Origin: a virus
Lineage: Duplodnaviria; Caudoviricetes
Virus record (IMG/VR): IMGVR_UViG_3300004369_000751
Coordinates: 1 to 60,202 of that record
Strand: one strand, 5' to 3'
Length of the DNA: 60,202 bases
Made by a program: the position numbers and the translations under genes. The notes under the pieces were generated by a model. It searched no databases. It worked only from the letters and a program-made list of their open reading frames with translations, and was not told the DNA's origin. Positions 57,196 to 60,202 of the stretch are shown here, in pieces. Position 1 is the first letter of the stretch; each line of letters opens with the position of its first letter.

Positions 57196-57699
57196 TTACT
57201 CTTTTTCGTAGATAGCTTCGCCATTGGAGAATCTTCCGACACAACGCAAAGGTGTGCATCCGATTGTCCTGAATTGTGACTCAATTGATTGCGACAAATT
57301 GTAAAAATCCAAATGCATCTTCCTGTTAATCATGTCAGCCAATAGCTGCATAACATCAGGATGAGTCTCATCATTTACTGCATAGGAATTGCGCTCCATC
57401 ATGTACAAAATCATGTCTGTACTCGGCAATTCATCGGCATCAATTTCGCCAAAGCCATCGATGTAAAAGTTTAGTCTCCAATCCAAATTTCCTCCTCCAT
57501 AATATCCATGTCGCAAGACTGCCTTTACTTCAACAGAGAAATCAATTGATTCTCCATTTTCGGGATTGTAAACTACATTGTGCGAAACGTGACTCCAATC
57601 ATCAAAATCAAGTCCATCGTTCCGCAGGTCTTCGATTTGGTCATTGTCAAGAGCAAAGATTCTGCTCGCATTTTTGTTTTCAAAATTAGCTGTTGCCAT
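57196..57699 (-). CDS. Hypothetical early protein
   Basis: MATANF...GYYGGGNLDW...RFSNGEAIYE; AATCACTT-repeat TIR. Confidence 0.8.
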   Translation of the reverse strand: MATANFENKNASRIFALDNDQIEDLRNDGLDFDDWSHVSHNVVYNPENGESIDFSVEVKAVLRHGYYGGGNLDWRLNFYIDGFGEIDADELPSTDMILYMMERNSYAVNDETHPDVMQLLADMINRKMHLDFYNLSQSIESQFRTIGCTPLRCVGRFSNGEAIYEKE

Positions 57700-57728
57700 A
57701 ATTGATAAGTGATTAAGTGATTAAGTGA

Positions 57729-58034
57729 TTATTTGCGATTGTCTTCAATTTCTCCATTGGAAGTCTCATAGTAGAGTACGTTACCATTGGCATCTTGCTG
57801 ATACTTTCCACAATAGCCATTGGAATCTTCAAAGCAGAGGGCTTTGCCATTGGCATCGTACTGCCGCTTTATCCAAAAGCCATTGGAAGTCTCAAAGTAG
57901 ATTACGTTACCATTGGCATCGTATTCGTACTTCTCCCAATAGCCATCGGAATTCTCAGAGTAGATTACTTTGCCATTGGAATCATAAAGCCGAAAGGGGA
58001 ATTCTTTTGCATTTAATTGATTTGCAATTGTCAT
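57729..58034 (-). CDS. YD-like 21-aa repeat protein (4 units), paralog of 58563-58931
   Basis: YDxNGxVIYxExSxGYWxKxx repeats. Confidence 0.85.
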   Translation of the reverse strand: MTIANQLNAKEFPFRLYDSNGKVIYSENSDGYWEKYEYDANGNVIYFETSNGFWIKRQYDANGKALCFEDSNGYCGKYQQDANGNVLYYETSNGEIEDNRK

Positions 58035-58064
58035 GATTGATAAGTGATTAAGTGATTAAAAAAA

Positions 58065-58134
58065 GTTAGCTGTGGCATCGGAATCGAACCGACCTTGCGT
58101 CTCTTCGAAGAGACTCTCAATCACCATGGCCACA
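58065..58134 (-). ncRNA. tRNA-like element C containing palindrome copy 8 (58097-58116)
   Basis: TGTGGC/GCCACA stem, T arm GTCGG-TTCGATT-CCGAT, 3' GCTAAC. Confidence 0.75.
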
Positions 58135-58149
58135 AGACCAATGAGCATC

Positions 58150-58542
58150 TTACTCCTGAGAAGGGAATTTGAAATACTGAAGGTCAAAAGCATCTACGTC
58201 TCCATACCAATCATGTCTGTAGATAAGATGTCCTTCCCATGACAAACCTACCTGATAAGCAAATGATATGGCATCCTGAGTAGTGTATGCAATCAGGGAA
58301 GACATGAATCTTCTGACATTCAAGTTAAAGCCAATGGTATCAGGTGAACAATCACTGATGAAGCTAACCACAAAGGTCTCTTCGGGTTTGCCATCCCATT
58401 CACCTAAATGAGTCTCTACAATGGCGTCCCATAGGCTAAAATGTATGCCTGCCAATTCCATTACTCTGCGGAATTCAGCATCCGAAAATGCTCCAAAGGG
58501 ATTGTTCTCCTTCCCGATGTTTAAAATTACTTGATTGTTCAT
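58150..58542 (-). CDS. Hypothetical early protein
   Basis: VILNIG...EETFVV...QDAI...FDLQYF. Confidence 0.75.
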   Translation of the reverse strand: MNNQVILNIGKENNPFGAFSDAEFRRVMELAGIHFSLWDAIVETHLGEWDGKPEETFVVSFISDCSPDTIGFNLNVRRFMSSLIAYTTQDAISFAYQVGLSWEGHLIYRHDWYGDVDAFDLQYFKFPSQE

Positions 58543-58562
58543 AACTGATAGGTATTAAGTGA

Positions 58563-58931
58563 TTATTTGCGATTGTCTGTGATGTGGCCATTGGAATTCT
58601 CAGAGTAGATTACTTTGCCATTGGCATCGCGCTGATACTTCGCCCAATAGCTATTGGAATCTTCAAAGGAGAGGGCTTTGCCATTGGCATCGTACTGCCT
58701 CTTTATCCAAAAGCCCTTGGAATCTTCGTAGTAGATTACTTTACCATTGGCATCGTATTGATACTTTCCCCAATAGCCATCGGAATCTTCAGAGGAGAGT
58801 ACTTTGCCATTGGAATCGTACTCTAACTTCCTCCAATAGCCATCGGAATCTTCATAGTAGATTTCGTTCCCATTGGCATCATAAAGCCGAAAGGGGAATT
58901 CTGTTGCATTTAATTGTTCTGCGATTGTCAT
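58563..58931 (-). CDS. YD-like 21-aa repeat protein (5 units)
   Basis: Nearly the same termini as 57729-58034 with one extra 63-bp unit. Confidence 0.85.
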   Translation of the reverse strand: MTIAEQLNATEFPFRLYDANGNEIYYEDSDGYWRKLEYDSNGKVLSSEDSDGYWGKYQYDANGKVIYYEDSKGFWIKRQYDANGKALSFEDSNSYWAKYQRDANGKVIYSENSNGHITDNRK

Positions 58932-58961
58932 GATTGATAAGTGATTAAAGGGTTAAAAAAA

Positions 58962-59030
58962 GTTAGCAGCAGCATCGGACTCGAACCGATTTATCGTCTC
59001 TTCGAAGAGACTCTAAGAACCTTCACTGCT
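58962..59030 (-). ncRNA. tRNA-like element D containing palindrome copy 9 (58994-59013)
   Basis: AGCAGT/GCTGCT stem, T arm ATCGG-TTCGAGT-CCGAT, 3' GCTAAC. Confidence 0.75.
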
Positions 59031-59031
59031 T

Positions 59032-59051
59032 CCATCTCTCGGAAGAGACTC
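59032..59051. repeat. Degenerate palindrome copy 10
   Basis: CCATCTCTCGGAAGAGACTC overlapping the stop codon of the 48-aa gene. Confidence 0.7.
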
Positions 59052-59196
59052 AGGCAAACAGATGCGTCATAATGACAGCATAGGCAAAGCCAATCAGGAT
59101 GATGCCCATTCCGATAACATAGGATTGGATTGTCGCTCTGCGATTCTCTGCGCGGAGTCTATCTTGCTCTCGCTCAAGGTCAAATGAATTGTTCAT
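59050..59196 (-). CDS. 48-aa protein with a C-terminal transmembrane helix
   Basis: ATG 59196 lies downstream of the promoter at 59230; MNNSFDLERE...YVIGMGIILIGFAYAVIMTHLFA. Confidence 0.7.
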   Translation of the reverse strand: MNNSFDLEREQDRLRAENRRATIQSYVIGMGIILIGFAYAVIMTHLFA

Positions 59197-59229
59197 GGTT
59201 AAATGGATTAAATGGTTAAAAGGTATACA

Positions 59230-59295
59230 CAAAATTACTTCAGAACTTCGACATATGCAATAGGCAAAGATGCCGATTTTGTTAAGAATTGTTAA
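59230..59295 (-). promoter_or_regulatory. Early-class promoter
   Basis: TAATTTTG, TTG 20 nt upstream, GTTAAGAATTGTTAA at 59281-59295. Confidence 0.7.
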
Positions 59296-59303
59296 AGGTA
59301 GCA

Positions 59304-59323
59304 GAGTCTCCGCGAAGAGACTC
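59304..59323. repeat. Palindrome copy 11
   Basis: GAGTCTCCGCGAAGAGACTC, intergenic. Confidence 0.9.
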
Positions 59324-59343
59324 CGCATACCTTCACACATTCA

Positions 59344-60202
59344 TTACTTGGCAGCTACATAGAAGTGAGCAGGAGACTCGGCCTGATAGCTAAACCCTAC
59401 CTTCGCAATTAGCTTGCTCACAGATTCGCTCAGCTCTCCGCCATCCCCAAACACTACCTGACCTTTGTGCTCCACGTACTGCAAGTTATCGGTGTACAGC
59501 ACGTTTCCGCGTCCGACCTTGGTCTCTATTCCAATGGCATTCAAGACCTTCTGTAGCTCCTTGGCAGATACCTTGGCCTTGGTCGGTGTTTTGGCCTGCT
59601 CAATTTCCTTAATCCATTCCGCCTTGGCCTTAGCCTTAGCCTTAGCATCAGCAATGGACTTGGCCTGCTCCTTGGCCTGCTCCTTGGCATCAGCATCCGC
59701 CTTTGCCTTGGCATTCCGCTCATCCACAATCGGCAGCAGTGCAGTCAATTGGTCAATGACTTGCTGAAGGTCAGCGGATGTGAAATCTCCCCTAAATGCG
59801 ACCTCACCATTGGAATTTAATTGAACCTTTACAGATGCATCGGATAAATGCCAAGTTAGACTGCCGACATTGGTAGGTTTACCTTCACCTTCACCTTCAC
59901 CTTCACCTTCACCTTCACCTTCACCTTCACCTTCACCTTCTTCCGTCTCTTCGAGGAGACTCCTTTTGCTGAATTCCAATAGGTTGGTCACTGACCTTTC
60001 CACAGCAATTCCGCTCTCCTCTTCCCGAAGGTTTGCCCAATCGTTAAACTGCTCTAAGGTCTCACCTTCCAAAGATGCTGCCTGAATTAACTTGTAAGCC
60101 CATGACCGACTGAACCCATACAAAGGGAAAAGGTCGGCCTTTTTCAGACCTTCGGACTTAAGGGCAGCTTTCCCTTCCTTGGTGTCTGCCCAATTAGTAC
60201 CT
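59344..60202 (-). CDS. C-terminal part of the origin-spanning early protein (poly-EG linker, Ala/Lys-rich segment)
   Basis: Open frame continues across the circular junction to ATG 218; contains palindrome copy 12 at 59943-59962. Confidence 0.8.
   Translation of the reverse strand, partial: GTNWADTKEGKAALKSEGLKKADLFPLYGFSRSWAYKLIQAASLEGETLEQFNDWANLREEESGIAVERSVTNLLEFSKRSLLEETEEGEGEGEGEGEGEGEGEGEGKPTNVGSLTWHLSDASVKVQLNSNGEVAFRGDFTSADLQQVIDQLTALLPIVDERNAKAKADADAKEQAKEQAKSIADAKAKAKAKAEWIKEIEQAKTPTKAKVSAKELQKVLNAIGIETKVGRGNVLYTDNLQYVEHKGQVVFGDGGELSESVSKLIAKVGFSYQAESPAHFYVAAK
59881..59940. repeat. Perfect microsatellite (ACCTTC)10 encoding (EG)10
   Basis: 60-nt perfect hexamer tandem repeat. Confidence 0.97.
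60104..60202. repeat. Terminal direct repeat identical to 1-99
   Basis: Exact match to the window start. Confidence 0.95.

Noticed and set aside
57729-58931. Paralogous repeat genes as a DGR template/variable pair
   Set aside because: No reverse transcriptase was recognised, both copies are intact genes with their own TIRs, and they differ in unit number
56521-59030. tRNA-like elements as functional tRNAs, integron attC sites or active attP sites
   Set aside because: They have no anticodon loop, D stem or CCA, and no integrase was found; a historical att origin cannot be fully excluded
59197-59340. N-terminal extension of ORF 59050-59340 (similarly 56901-56966 and 51034-51108)
   Set aside because: The extensions run over promoter, TIR or neighbouring-gene sequence; internal ATGs with typical TIRs are better starts
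54915-59962. Palindrome copies as a CRISPR array
   Set aside because: Spacing is irregular (tens of bp to kb), several copies lie inside genes, there are no uniform spacers and no cas genes
1-60202. Alternative genetic code (stop reassignment as in some crAss-like phages)
   Set aside because: Genes tile densely under the standard code, and TAA, TAG and TGA all end genes

Overview
The window is a complete, circularly assembled genome (about 60,103 bp; bases 1-99 repeat at 60104-60202) of a tailed dsDNA phage. It most likely infects a Bacteroidota/Flavobacteriia host: TAnnTTTG -7 promoters recur, Shine-Dalgarno motifs are not evident, and the gene order resembles Cellulophaga phi38:1/crAss-type podoviruses. 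The plus strand (0.86-45.1 kb) carries GroEL/GroES, a cluster of small basic proteins, the lysis genes (amidase, u-spanin, holin), terminase, portal, scaffold, capsid, ring/nozzle proteins and ejected proteins, ending in a 3804-aa polyvalent protein. The minus strand (45.1-60.1 kb, crossing the origin) carries the early and replication genes (SF2 helicase, primase-helicase, SSB-like protein, exonuclease, Sak-like annealase). I recognised no DNA polymerase, integrase or reverse transcriptase. The most unusual non-standard elements are: (1) at least 12 copies of a 20-bp palindrome, GAGTCTCTTCGAAGAGACTC, increasingly dense toward the early end and tolerated inside genes; (2) three anticodon-less tRNA-like elements that carry this palindrome in place of the D/anticodon arms and sit directly upstream of early genes, plus a fourth, oversized pseudo-tRNA; (3) a 49-aa gene nested in the +1 frame of the giant gene and a textbook-looking -1 frameshift signal near its start; (4) two homologous origin-like cassettes; (5) a fixed-geometry early promoter class. 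All motif searches and protein family calls were made by eye, without tools.
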